A stretch of 64,000 bases of DNA, taken from assembly GCF_036588685.1 (NCBI RefSeq), contig NC_086376.1, forward strand, positions 67,435,630 through 67,499,629, given 5' to 3'. Under the pieces are notes generated by a model. That model was given only the letters and a program-made list of their open reading frames with translations, did not search any database and was not told the origin of the DNA. The stretch comes from Mytilus trossulus. Lineage: Eukaryota. Positions 1-13,456 of the stretch are shown here, piece by piece. The position numbers were made by a program, and so were the translations under genes. Positions within the stretch are counted from its first letter, which is position 1; the number at the start of each line of letters is the position of its first letter.

Positions 1-96
1 TATGTTTGTTATATGATGTATGATCTGAAACATTACTCAGTATTACGTATAGTAAACAATTTTTTTCTAGCAACTAATAAATATCCTTTTTTTTAG

Positions 97-240
97 ACTA
101 CACAGCCATCATGTACAGGCCACTTCATAATCCACCCTGATTGGGTTTCGGAGCGATCTGGGAAACGAAAGCTTTTTGCTACAAAGAAGAATGGAAACTC
201 AAGAAATGGACTACGTTATGGAACTCCGCATGAAATCTAG
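97..240 (+). CDS. Probable terminal coding exon of a gene starting left of the window (uncharacterised; FIIHPDWVSE motif)
   Basis: Poly-T tract + AG at 95-96, then 47 open codons TTQPSCTGHFIIHPDWVSERSGKRKLFATKKNGNSRNGLRYGTPHEI and TAG at 238-240. GC is visibly higher than the flanks. Confidence 0.6.
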   Translation, partial: TTQPSCTGHFIIHPDWVSERSGKRKLFATKKNGNSRNGLRYGTPHEI

Positions 241-2023
241 AACGTTAATCAATAATTTATTGAAAAATCAAAAAAACACCGTTTTATCTGATTTTTAGTT
301 ATCATGCCTATTTAAATATTGTTGTACAACTACATTTGTGTAGAGCTAAGTACCAAAAGTTATCAAATTGTCATTTGCTTTAAGGGCATTAGCCAATGAG
401 TAAACATATTGTTTTCTTGGAAACACAAAATCTGTTGAAAAATCAGATATTTTAAAAATTTACATATATTTATATTAATCCCAAAATACAGAACAATTAT
501 AGTGAAATTAATACTGATAAATACATGAAACTATGCACATATAGTCTTATTTAAATAACGAACAATCATGTATGAAACTGCCATGTATGATGAGGCAAAA
601 AATTGCTCAATGCGTGTTTATAACTTATATATGTACAAAGAAGTACCAATATGGTGTTTCACCAAAAAAGTCTTTCAAATAATCCGTCCATTTTCTTCTA
701 GTTTATTGAACAGTATGTATGGAGAGTGTCAGTGATACGCATATATATTTAATTCTGTTTTGTAAAGTTCTAAAAATGATAAATGTTAATTTGTCTTCTA
801 AAAGGAAGATGGGACATGCAAATAAATGATTCGAAAACTACTTCCGAGTCTCCAATGTCTAGTATAGCATTGCATAATTTCGTTTTTCGATAACTCAGCT
901 TCAGAAGTTACCTCTATAAACAAATTTAATGTAGAGTAGTGTTTTCAAAAAGCTGAGTGCATAATGTTTTAGAGCAACACAAGCCTTTTTGATTTTAAAA
1001 ATTAAGAAAAGTATTTCATCATGCTTATCTGTAAGCTATGATACTAAAATGTTAGAATAGAATTTTTTTAATTCTTCTGCCTGTATGTTGAATAATTGTT
1101 GAAGCTTTTGCATGTTTTTTGTTCATTAGTTCTCATTGGTGCAATCATTAGACCATCCAAGATGGCTTTCTAAAACTTGTACTGTTAAGTTTCTATTTAC
1201 ACTTTGTGTCTAGTCTTATCTTAATCGTATGTGTAGTTATTTTTTTTTCAAGAATTTATTATTTATTAATTGTTGTATTTAATTTATAGCGTTGTAAATA
1301 ATTCACAATAGTTTAGGTTATGCATGCACATGAGTGGTATTAATACATCATTTTGAGTGTGTGTGACCAATCAAATTGAGTATGGATCGATTCTGCAGAG
1401 TTGCAGATTCACCATGCTTTTACCGGGAACAGTATTAAGATGTACAGAATGGTTTGGAGTGTGTTTTGCATAAATTATAATTATAGTATAATCATTGTAA
1501 ATAGTGTTATCATTTAGGATATTTATTTATTGCAAATAAAACAGCTTAATATATTAAATAGTTGTTGTCTGCTTACATGCGTGTTGTAAGGGAAATAATC
1601 CAGTTTATGCTGAATGTCTAGAAGAAGATCTACCGCAGACAAACCGTTGATGCAGTATCTACCCAATTGTATATAACCATTTATACGCTAACTTCATTTA
1701 CTCCTATTTATTGGACTGTTTCTATTGCTGTATGCCGCGCTTTATTTTTTTTGAGTGATATAGTTCGTGACTTAATATTAACATTTTGAAGACGTTCGTT
1801 TTCTGTTATGTTTTGTGTACTGTTTGTCTTTTCGTCGGTTTTCCTTTGTTTTTGCCATTTTATCGCCATTTTGTTTTCGACTGATGAGTTTACTTTCCTT
1901 TTTGTATCCTTCGCTTCTGTCTTTCTTGATTTGTTTCTTTAGTAATTAGTTCTTAGTATTATCTTTTGGTAAATATTCTTCAATTTCGTACTTAATTTGG
2001 GATTTTAAACTTTTTTTATTCAA

Positions 2024-2067
2024 GCGTCGCTGATGAGTCCTTTGTAGACGAAACGCTCGTCTGGCAT
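2024..2067 (+). ncRNA. Type I hammerhead ribozyme motif in a retrozyme-like repeat fragment
   Basis: gcgtcg-CTGATGA(2030-2036)-gtc..gac stem II-GAAA-cgctcg-TC-tggcat. Catalytic boxes intact; stem I partly paired. Confidence 0.75.
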
Positions 2068-3973
2068 ACAAAAAAGTTTGATCCTGGTATTTATTTACAG
2101 TGGTGTATGATTTGAAATGTAACAATTTAATCAACCTTTCTTTTCAAATATCAATCGCGGTCAATTTCGTTACAGGATTAGTCTTTCGAAAATCACTATA
2201 ATCACCATGTATAATTACAGTGTATTTGCAGAAGGCGTATTGTTATATTAGTCTGCTTGAATCAATACACCAAATTTTTTTGTCTTAATATTTATCCCTT
2301 CTTTGTGGTAAGCTTTGTTTTATAAAACGAGAATTCCTTTATCTTCCCTGCTCAAATGTACATTGTAGATTTTAAAAACTTTAATAGCAGTGATGTCAGA
2401 CAAGACCTAGGACAAGACTTGATATGAGAAACAAAGTATGTTATACGACACTGACTGTAACATTATGTTGTGGTACTTTTAATGACCGAACATTGATATT
2501 ACAATGGAAATATTATTCAAATGTAATGTATTCTAAAACTGAAGATAAAACTGCCGCAAGTATATACCTATTTTGGCAATTATGTTAACGTTTGGGTTTG
2601 AAGGTAACACACGTTTTGTGTTTTTGTCTTCATTAATCTCAGCGTACGTGATTTAAGTTATAAATAAAAAAAAATGTTACCTGTGCATTCGTGATAATGG
2701 TTAACACAGAAACACATGCAGTGCATTCTGTTCCGATAACACATTTATTTCGTGGTGCATATCTTTTAAACAATAAATGAAAATTAAAAAATATCCACCT
2801 GCGCTTTCTCAATTACAGTGTGTTATACTACTATTGGGAGAAATTACTAGTATATCAAAATCTATTAAATCTTCATCAGCTCTAACTAAAAAAAATAACA
2901 ATTTCATGTTAAGAAGGGTCATTAAATCTTTTGACAGCTTCCAAAATGACAACTTTTTACCTGTTCCACCAAATCACTACTTTACTTTGAAATTAATAAC
3001 CCAATCTTTTTTACAGTGTTATTACACTCCCCTACTTGCTATTTGAGACAATACATGAATAAATAAATTTAGAAGGGATATACAAAAGAAATTTGCAATT
3101 AACATACTTTCCACATTAGGGACTATATTCAGACAATTAAAATCAAAGGACGATAACTATGTTCCCGGATCAAATATTGATAAAGTTTCATACAGAAATA
3201 CATGTCGTGCATTTGTGATAATATACATAATCCGTGCACACTGAAGATAACGCATTCCCTCATATATATTTTATAGAAGGCAATGAGAGAAATTTGTCGT
3301 GCTGTTTTATTGTCCTATAATGTATCATGAATTTGTGTTGTAATCTGTGAAAATTCAGACACAATGCACTAAGGACGAACTAGATGAAATTGGAGGTCAA
3401 TGGTTTCAAATCAGAGATTAATATTATACTATTTATTTTGATAAAGCATCACTATATTAATAAAGTGAATCAATGTCTTGTATGAATTTTCATTTGTATA
3501 TCTGTTGCTTCATGTCTGCATTCCACAAGCGGTAGTAGTTTTTAGTCATGAGCTTGGATTTTCATTTGTTGTCGTTTGTTCATATATATCATGTATATAA
3601 TATTTTTGTCTTAGCTGAATCGTTTTAAATTCTGCCGTTAGTTTTCCAGTTTAATTGTTTAAATAAAATTTGGACCTTTTATAACCGACTTTACGGTTTG
3701 TATTTTTCTCAACATTGAATGTCTTACCGTTGAACATGTTTGTAAACGCTCAAGCCACACTAACCTGTGACATGACAATAGTGTCCACAGTACAACATTA
3801 GACCAACCTATAAAATGTGTTGCAATAAGCTCAAAGAAATAGATCGGTACGATTAAAAACTGCTAAAGGAATATATAACATTTTCGTAAATAATCATAAA
3901 TTTTCAGTTTGTAGAAGAGAATGTAGAATATGTCACAATTACGGAAATTTAAACATGTTTTATGTATAGAAAT

Positions 3974-4110
3974 AAACTCATTATAGATACCAGGATTAAT
4001 ATTTGTATTTACGCCGGACGCGCGTTTCGTCTACAAAAGACTCATAAGCGACACGTGAATCCAAAAAAATTAAAAAGGCCAAATAAAGTACGAAATTTAA
4101 GAGCATGGAA
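3974..4110 (-). mobile_element. Retrozyme-like repeat fragment with mutated hammerhead core
   Basis: Reverse strand reads cttatga-gtcttttgtagac-gaaacgcgcgtc (CTGATGA changed to CTTATGA), with the same flanks as the other copies. Confidence 0.7.
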
Positions 4111-4858
4111 GCATTTGAAAAACCAAAATTGTTTAGTGTCTATTTAATAGTTTACATTTATCTAGATTTTTCATGACAATCTATAAGTAACATCAAATAG
4201 AAATCTGATGTGCAGTATTTGTTGTCTGTTTATGTAATTCAAACGTGTTTCTCGTTTCTTGGTTTTATAAAGAGTAATGAGACCGTTCGTTTTCCTGTTT
4301 AAATGGTTTTACACTAGAAATATTTGGGGTCCTTTATAGCTTGCTGTTCGTTGTTAGTCAAGGCTCCGTGTTAAATACCGTACCTTGACCTGTAATGGTT
4401 TACTTTTATAAATTATTATTTGGATGGAGAGTTGTCTTATTGGCACTCATATGCCATCTTCCTACATCTATAATAATTAAAAATGTCTTGCAGATTTAAC
4501 GATCCATATAAAGTGAATGATGGTATTTCAGGTTAACGACTGATCGTAAGTCATAACTCGCAGGCCAGGCTCCTCATATCCTTTAGTTTTTGAATTGTTG
4601 GCGGTAAGAAAGGGGGAATCCATCCTTAGTATGCTTCTTAGTCTAGTCTAACTTAAAAGGAAATAGGATTTAGAACAAGTTCATTCAGTGTCTTTTTAAG
4701 TTCATAATAAATGATCACTGTGCTATATTATCATCAAAGTTGTGTAACCCCATGAATATTAAAGACGACAAAGGTCAGTTTAATGATGATAAGGTTTTGA
4801 TTATTATGCAATTTTGCTGTATATGATCTACTGTTTAGGCACACGCATAAGTGCAGCG

Positions 4859-7800
4859 ATGAGTGTATCCTCGAACCTACCATTATTTACATTGTATCTG
4901 TTGATTTGTATTTGTAAGTATGCTGTTTTTGATAGTTTAATTTTCATAACTATGAATTTTCATTACTCCATAAATCTATCATAAAAGCGCCACAAAAATG
5001 AGGAAATTTCATTCCTTATTTTATATTTCATCTTGTCCAAGGGCCCACTTTAGTTGTTGCCATCACTTCGTCATCCGTCATCGTTGTCGTTTGCGTCGTC
5101 GTATTTGCTTTCCAAAAGATATCCCCTATGAAAACTAACGAATCAATTTCAATCTAACTATGAATCTAACTATGAATAGGTTATCCTCTTTCAGTATAAA
5201 GTGTGTTGGTATATTTCTTTTATTCCAGACAACAAACATTGGCGCGAGGGATAATACTAAATGATCATGAGATAATGCTACTGGCGTTTTCCCCTTAATT
5301 CTTTGCTTATTTTATCGAAGACTTTAATGGAAAGAATAAAACTTCACACAGCAAAGTTGATAAAAAAATACAAGATGTACAAAAAAATAGAGATGATGAA
5401 AACCATTGAATGAGTTCGTAGATGATTTTTTGTCTTTAAATAAAAAAAAAATTATATCAGGTTTAGGCTATTATATGAACATTAGGATAGAAAGGTTAAA
5501 ACTAAAAATAAAATAAAATATGCAAGATCTACAAATATTTAAATATGACGAACAACATTGGTTGGCTCCTTCATTGAGGATTTTGAATTTTATGATATAT
5601 ATGCTTATGATATCGAAATCTATAACACAAAAGTAGAAACTTTGCCGTACGAAAACTAGTGCACAAACACAAAATATCATAAAAGCATATGATGACGGAT
5701 AACATTTTATGACTCGTCATTGGCACTATTGTCCTAAAATTATTTAAATTTTGATTAATTTTGAATTGTTCCTTTTACCTCGAAATCTACGATACATGAT
5801 TTTATCTTTTTTTTAATGCTATTAAAGATATGAAGAAAATTTTATTTGTATATTTGATCTGTAATACAATATCTACAAAAATGAAAATTGTAGACTCCTT
5901 AAAGCCATAGGGGTTGTTGCGTTAAAATAAAGATTTAGTCTAATTTTTGAGTTTTTGCCGATATAATCTTAAAAACTGTAATAGAAAGGCCGAAGCTAAA
6001 ATGATCAGATATGTAAATAAACTCATCATCGATACCAGGACTAGTATATATGCATACGCGCGTTTCGTCTACAAAAGACTCATCAGTGACGCTGGAATCC
6101 AAAATAGTTAAAAATGGCCAAATAAAGTTCGAAGTTAAGGAGAATTGAGGACATTTGAGACACAATTGAGACACATTTTTGTCTGCGGGGCAATTCTTGT
6201 TCTTAGGAGACTGTCTCCCCTTTTATTGTAACATCGGTCTTTGGCAATAGCCAGCATACAGTTAATTAATAGTAATGATCACACACACACTTACATACAT
6301 ATTCGGTGGAACTTAATGTACGTGTGCAAACATTCCTTGAGTATTCTGACAGCTTTGGCGGTTTTATGATTGCAGCTTGTGTTTTCTGTGCTACTGACTG
6401 TCCAGTTGGCTGGGTTGTAGGGTACGATGAATGCTACCTGTTTCACCAAAATCCTTTAACATGGCAAGATGCAATGGTACGGTACAACCAATATTATTGT
6501 GTGTTTATATATATATATAGGTATATCTTATCATCAATTACGTTGAAAATGAAAGTTTAAATAGCAGGTAACCAAGGCAAAAATTATAATGAATGCAACT
6601 AAATATTTAAGAATCATTGATTAGAAAATTGGAGAAGTCAACAATATGACAAATATGTCGTCCGTATTTTATTCAACCAGTCTTTTAAACCATCTATATA
6701 TGTCAACTAGCATTATAAGTGCAGCTTCCCGGCGAAAGTATATAGCTCATTATTGCTATATTTTATACACAAATAAAACAGAAAGAGATAAACTACCCAC
6801 TGAAATAAATTACTCCTTTTGTTAATGTAAGATAAATAAAAGATAAAACAAATAGTATTGAATGTTATTGCGCAAGAGCTTTCGAAAATACGCTGGGCGT
6901 AGGGCGAACAACAGCAATTCATATTAACCAATCAGTTGATTTTGTGTTTTCACTTTATCAAGTTTGTCTTAATTTTACAAATGTTTATCTGATAAAATTG
7001 AGAATGGAAATGGGGAATGTATCAAAGAGACAACAACCCGACCATAGAAAAAACACCAGCAGAAGGTCACCAACAGGTCTTCAATGTTACGAGAAATTCC
7101 CGCACACGGAGGCGTCCTTCAGCTTGCCCCTAAACAAATATATACTAGTTCAGTGATAATGAACGCCATTCTTATTTCCAAGAAACTAAATTAAAAAAAT
7201 ACAAGACTAACAAAGGCTAGAGGCTCATGACTTCGGACAGGCGCAAAAATGCGGCTGGGTTAAACATGTTTATGAGATCTCAACCTTCCCCTATACCGCT
7301 AGCCAATGTAGAAAAGTAAACGCATAACAATACGTACATTTAAAATTCAATTCAAGAGATGTCAGAATATGTAACCAAAGAAGATAAACAAAATGACAAT
7401 TATACATAAATAACAACAGACTACTAGCAGTTAACTGACATGCCAGCTCCAGACTTCAATTAAACTGATTGAAAGATTATGATTTCATCATATGAATATC
7501 AGGCACAATCCTTCTCGTTAGGGATTTAGTATCATCCCATCATAACATATTTGAGAAGAACATAACCCGTGTCATGCCAACAACTGGTTTTTGAATAAAT
7601 GTGTTTAGTTCCGATGCAATGACCCTATAAGTGAATCAATATTAACGCCAAAATATGCAATCATTAATGACCTGACAACAGTATGGTAACTATATCCCTT
7701 CTTAATAAGTGTATTCAAAGGTTTTGTTTGTTTCTGTGCTGAGTACTGACATTTTTGTGCATTATAAAGAATATTTCCATACAAAATTGGATGTGAAATA

Positions 7801-9261
7801 CCTAAACGTATAAGAAGTCTGCATGTTGAGCTATATTTACAAATGATGTCCTTATACCGATGATAAAATTTAGTAAATGTTTTGACTAGAATGTGATATC
7901 GAAAACACTGGTGTAATAATTTTTCAGTAATACATAAATTTCTCTCGTTAAGATCTAAAACATTGTTACATACACGAGCGAATCGTACAAGTTGAGATAT
8001 ATAAACACCGTAAGATGGTGACAAGGGAACGTCACCATCTAAAAATGGATAATTAACGAAAGGAAATGAAAAATCATCTCTTTTATCAAAACTACATTTG
8101 CTGATCGATTTACTTCATTAGGACTTCACTTACATTTTCCATTAAAATCTACATTGTTAATACATTATAAGTTTCTCGATGGTCTTTTACAATGACACAA
8201 CTACGCAGTTTTCTAAATCAATTAGATACACGTCGAATAAATAATAAATCATTATCCCCCAAGACAGACTTGTCAAATGAATAAATGTATGGAGGCGGCT
8301 GCTTTTTTATAACATTAAAATTACTTTTCAGGTTTATTGCCGATCTCGTAGAGCACATCTTGCAAAAATAGAAACAGAACAAGAAAGAAGTCTGATCCAG
8401 AATATAATTGAACAAGATTTGCCTGGTAATACAATTTACACTTTAGAATTTTGATATTAGACTTATCATGATCTGATTAGACATCATCGTTTGGTGCTAT
8501 CTAAATAGAATACACAATCATTTAAATTAATTTTCAACGACCATATGTCGGATCATTTGATCAGTGGATGATAAGCTTCTTTGTTTTGGTTTGTTTAACT
8601 CAAGGTCTTCACATACACATACTGATAAAGCACTTATTAATTACTAGATCCTTTTAGTTCTGAAGCACTGACTAAAGTGCGAATGTTACCCCTACAGAAA
8701 ATTATTAGTTTTGACCTGATGGGAATAAAAACTAATTGTTATTTATAAGATATTAATTTCATGAACAATATTTGCGTTACGTGGTGTTAATTCTGAGAGA
8801 AAAAAACCCGCTGTAGACGATTTGAAAACCCTTGAATAAAGTTGACCTTCAATTATTGATTATCATTTGAATTTCACTGACGATAATGTTAGCAGTGTAC
8901 AGTGTTCTGTATTTGACCATTACTTGATCAAAACATCTTTTTGGGTATATTTCTCTTGCATTTTTGTTTTTGGTTTGTTCTTTTGTTTGTTAGTTAGTAA
9001 ATGCACACATTAACTCTCATTTACATTTTTTTTATTTTATTTATAGGAATATACTGGCTTGGTGGGAAAGATGATGCTATTGAGGGGGATTGGAGATGGC
9101 AGCCATCCAATGAAGTTGTAAATGAAACATTTTGGAACCATGGTGAACCTGATCAGTTCACCGGAAATGAAGACTGTTTGACAACATCAGAAATGGAACA
9201 GGGGTTATGGAACGATCGAGCGTGTGGGAATTATTACGGGTTTATATGTGAACAATCTTAA
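4859..9261 (+). CDS. C-type lectin A, perlucin-like, secreted, intact, 154 aa
   Basis: Exons 4859-4913, 6376-6476, 8332-8425, 9047-9261; all introns GT-AG, phases 1/0/1; 465 nt, no internal stop. Hydrophobic leader MSVSSNLPLFTLYLLICISCVFC, then CPVGW..CYLF..LTWQDA..YC..AHLAKIE..YWLGG..WRW..EPD..EDC..WND..C..FICE. Confidence 0.92.
6015..6150 (-). ncRNA. Hammerhead/retrozyme fragment in lectin A intron 1, antisense to the gene
   Basis: Reverse complement of about 6051-6093 is gcgtca-CTGATGA-gtcttttgtagac-GAAA-cgcgcg-TA. Core intact; 3' strand of stem I degraded. Confidence 0.7.
6992..8090 (-). mobile_element. 5'-truncated Penelope-like retroelement, family 1, in lectin A intron 2
   Basis: DKRDDFSFPFVNYPFLDGDVPLSPSYGVYISQLVRFARVC is typical of the PLE RT thumb region (ORF 7605-8024). 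About 600 bp of 3' tail is shared with the copy at 49218-50394. Confidence 0.8.
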
Positions 9262-9654
9262 ACGATTACAATAAAACTAACTGAAAATGACTTTTTCTTC
9301 TATACGGTAGCGGTTTGTATATAATAAATATAGGAAGATGTGGTGTGAGTGCCAATGAATATGATTAGTCTATTTTATGGTTTCGTGGATTATTGAGATG
9401 AAACGCTATAATTGCAGAATCGAGTCTAAAAAAAAGACACCTTTTTGCGTTATTTCTATTAAAAATGTGTCCACTGTTGATGTGAATCAATACAGTTTAG
9501 TTTGTCTTTTTACTTTCACGCAGCTTCGATAAAAAAAAATGCGCTGATTTCATACCATATAGATCAATCAGATATAGGTTAGTAATCAAACACGCGTTTC
9601 ATCATCGCTGAATTCACAGAGGTCCTGGTGTCGGCAATTTAAAAAGACAACAAA

Positions 9655-10310
9655 AACCATTTACGACAAAAGACATGATTTCAGCTTTCCAATTGTGAAC
9701 ATTTCATTTCTTAGTAGCAACATTCCAGCAGCACCTGCATACGGGGTATATATATATCTCCAAATTAATACGAGATTCCTGTGCTTGCATTTCCTATCAT
9801 GATTTTATTGAGAGAGGGTTGCTGCTCACAAGGAAGATATTAAACCAAGAGTTACAAATGGTGTAGTTGAAATCATCCCTTCGTAAATTTTACGGACGCC
9901 ATCACGAATTGGTTGACCTTTATGGAATAACCGTTTCACAAATGATATGTTCCTTACTACAATCCTCTTCCATATCATAAATGTGACCCACCGAATTAAA
10001 TTATTTACCAAATTTGTTATAACATGAGCAACACGACGAGTGCAACATGTGGAGCAGGATCTGCTTACCCTTCCACTGGATATGAGATCACCCCAGTTTT
10101 TGGTAGGTTTCGTGTTGCTTATTCTTTAGTGTTCCATGTTTTGTCATGTGTACTAACTTAAACTGACAAGGCCATGGCTTATAATGAAACAAGACAAACA
10201 AACAATAGTACACTAGAGACAACTTAGAAAACTAAAGAATAAGCAACACGAACCCTACCAAAAACTGGGGTTGATCTCAGGTGATCGGGAAGGGTAAGCA
10301 GATCCTGCTC
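9655..10310 (+). mobile_element. Decayed Penelope-like fragment, family 2, followed by an inverted piece of its own tail
   Basis: YDKRHDFSFPIVN..FLSSNIPAAPAYGVYI..KFYGRHHELVD with frameshifts. Roughly 10205-10310 is the reverse complement of roughly 10050-10155. Confidence 0.75.
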
Positions 10311-11723
10311 TACAAGCTAGTTTACCGTTCCTTTCAGTCTACAAGGTATTGGAGAAGGATGGAAAAGAACCGGGGATGGTTTACTTGTATGTATTGTGAT
10401 ATTTCTGAAGAAAGAAGGCTGTTGTGCATAGATCTGTATCAATTAAGTATGACACGACAGGAATTGGACTTCAAAAACAGTAGAAAACAATCCCCTATCC
10501 CATACCAAGAGCCATGTTGTCTATGTGAAAGATGATATGCAGTAGTGAGATCACACAAAAAAAGTTGTTTTCATAGATGATGACAACATTTATTTGGTTT
10601 TGATTTGCTCTGGAATTTGTTAAAATTACAGGGTTCCTTTCGTTTGGGGTGAGGGGAATTTAAGTACGCAGTCACGATTAATTATTTAACCTTCGTCAAA
10701 ATTTATCAAACTGCTATGTATTTGGGATGTTTAAATACGCAACCTCTGTTTAAATTACTCTACCGTTATCAAATTTGAAATAGTATACCATCTGAGATCA
10801 TTCAGTGTTTTATATTGTTGTAACATCTTAACTGTCGTCACTTATGGAATTTTAGAATTGTGCCAGTTCAAATCGCAAATTACTATTTTTTTCTTTTGAA
10901 ACGTTAAATTGTGCATGATAAAATAAACAGTTGATAATTCAGCATCAAATGAACAATTAAAGTCAGTTTATTGCATTCGATTTTCGGAAGAAAAAACAGG
11001 ATTGGTTTTTAACATTTCAGTCTGTTATCTTAAAGATAGGTCCATTACAACATTTTCAAATATCTATTTAACACTTTGAGCAATACTTAAAATAATATGT
11101 GAAAAAGTCATTTTGTAAAATATAAGCAATCAATACTCGCCCATCACACATTGCTTGACTCTTAGCGAAGATTTCTGGAGATGAAGTTACACTCTGACCC
11201 GCCGATTATTCATGTCTGATATCCGTTTTGGAATTTTGAATAGCGGTATACTACTGTTGCTTAATTGGGTTGTTATCATGGGATTGTCACATTTCGTAAA
11301 GAAATCAATGTAATTCCTGAACATTTGGCTTCGGATTAAATTGGATTCTATATATGTATCCTATTCTACAAATGATTAGTGTGTTTGAAAAGGTTTACAG
11401 TGGGTCGTTTATTTTCCTCTTATCAATTGGTTTACTCCGGTTATTTTTGAGAATTTATCATAACTACATTTCAAATGAAATTTATGAGCTTCGTAAATTG
11501 TCACCTCATTTATGTAATTTTTTGTATATAGAAAACATGTAATGAAACAAGATTAAAAGATACAATGTAGTTTGTAAAATTTTGATTGTTGGAGATACTA
11601 AGTGTTTTTTAGTTAGAGATTTGGAAATTTGGGTCTATAATGCTAAATGCAAATTCTTACTTCATTTAAGCTTGTTAATCTATTCCATTGGCGCGTCACT
11701 GATGATCCTTTTTGCGTTTAGAT

Positions 11724-12430
11724 AGACAATAACTGTTCAGTATCTTTAAATATCAGCTGTATTTGTACGAGGCTAGGAAACAAGGTGTATGCGAGCTTTT
11801 CGCGAGCTACTGCACCTGTTTCGAGCCGAGTACAAATACAGCTGATATGTGAAGACACTAAACAGTTATTGTCTTTATCCTGCAATTAATTATGTATATT
11901 GTTTGTGTTTTAAAAGACACAAAAACTAACATATTTAGCATTTATTTTCGATTTTTAATCCCTTGAGGCCCGCGTAGTAATATCAAAATCACACATTACG
12001 CTGAAGACGGGTTTTCAAAAAAGAATCTTGAATGGTCAACAATAATACATCGCTCAAGGTGATTAATTATTTATTTTAACATAACAACTAATTTCAACAG
12101 TAAAAACAAATAACAAAACATTGTGAAATTTGAAACAGAAGTGTGCGAGATGTCCTACGCTTCAGACTTGACATTCACTAAACATGCATGCTGAAATTGA
12201 CATGGTTGATTTTGTAACACAATCATACACATTCAAGTTTTGAAATCGACAATTGTCATCGTCATTGGAATGCAACTGGAATACACATGCTGAGGTCACA
12301 CAGGTTCAAACTCAAACAATATTCAGTCCGGCAGTGGGCAGATCTTTAAAGCGATATCTGTATAGTATACAGATACGGCATGGCGATATCTGTAGGGCTG
12401 TATCTGTATAGCAGGACACCCAATTGCAGG
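11724..12430. mobile_element. Non-autonomous element with a terminal ~150 bp palindrome (Crypton-like layout, tentative), inserted into a retrozyme copy
   Basis: 11724-11874 folds back (agacaataactgtt...aacagttattgtct). An inverted pair tcctgcaatt / aattgcagga lies at about 11878 and 12422. Retrozyme sequence (gcgtcactgatga) stops before it and resumes after it (atcctggtatctatgatg). Confidence 0.55.
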
Positions 12431-13456
12431 ATAATATTTTTTATCCTGGTATCTATGATGTATCAATTAAATTATACATTCTAATGAAAGTTATTTACAA
12501 TAGTGTATTTATTATTAATTATATCACCATTTCATCATCCAATGGACAATCTTTCAGACTGATCAGTCTCTTTTCTATTGTATATCGGCATATGATTTCC
12601 TCATTTAGAAAGTGGTTTTAATCAAATCTTTTTTATGTTATAAAAAAATTTCAAAAGTACACTTATAAAGTTACCGGAACCAATTTTACTGTTACAGTTT
12701 TTTCGCGCTTTTCGCAAAATAAATTTGTCTCCACTGAGAAAGTTGAAGAGCTTGTAAATCCAAAATATCCTAAGAAAAACCAATCCCAGACCAAGAAAAA
12801 TATCTATGCAAAAGGAGGATACATTCATGAAATCAAAATTTCATAACACCAAATTAATAAGAAACGCTTTTCCAATTATTAATCCAAATAATTAAGTCTC
12901 TCGTTTCCTAACGTTTTCAAAATGCTTGCATGTAATACTGAAATTTTTACAAAATATCAGAAGACTTTTTATTACAAAGGCCACCTGACAGGAACCAGTC
13001 ACTGTTACCAATATGTTTTGATTTATAGTAATAGCCAAGATAACTCTCAATTCAGGTTCATGAGTAATTGGTTCAAACTAGCAAGTTAGACAAATCTGAT
13101 TTAAAAACCAGTCTGAAAACATGATACAAGTTGCTTTCTTAAATAACATGATAAAGAATCTTCCGCATGACCATTTTCTATGAGCACTATGAGCACTGTT
13201 CCCAATTGTATTTCTTATCAATTCTAGTTTAAATTTGTGCTTTTACATTTCACGCAGTTTATTGTTATTAAACATTTTGTACGCCAAATTCGAATACATA
13301 TTTATCTGATATATTTTTTAAACGCCTAGAACGTGTTTTGTCATTACCAGGTCTATCAGTAGTCCTGGTGCCGAAACGGTCCAAAGGCCGAATCATTGTG
13401 TAACTGTGGAGCACTGAATGGCAAAAGTTCAAGAAAATTATGCTTTTGTCTAAATA

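Noticed and set aside
2777-3046. This and most other 60-100 aa ORFs in the track
   Set aside because: Low-complexity AT-rich translations, many with non-ATG starts, with no motifs or splice support; many overlap repeats.
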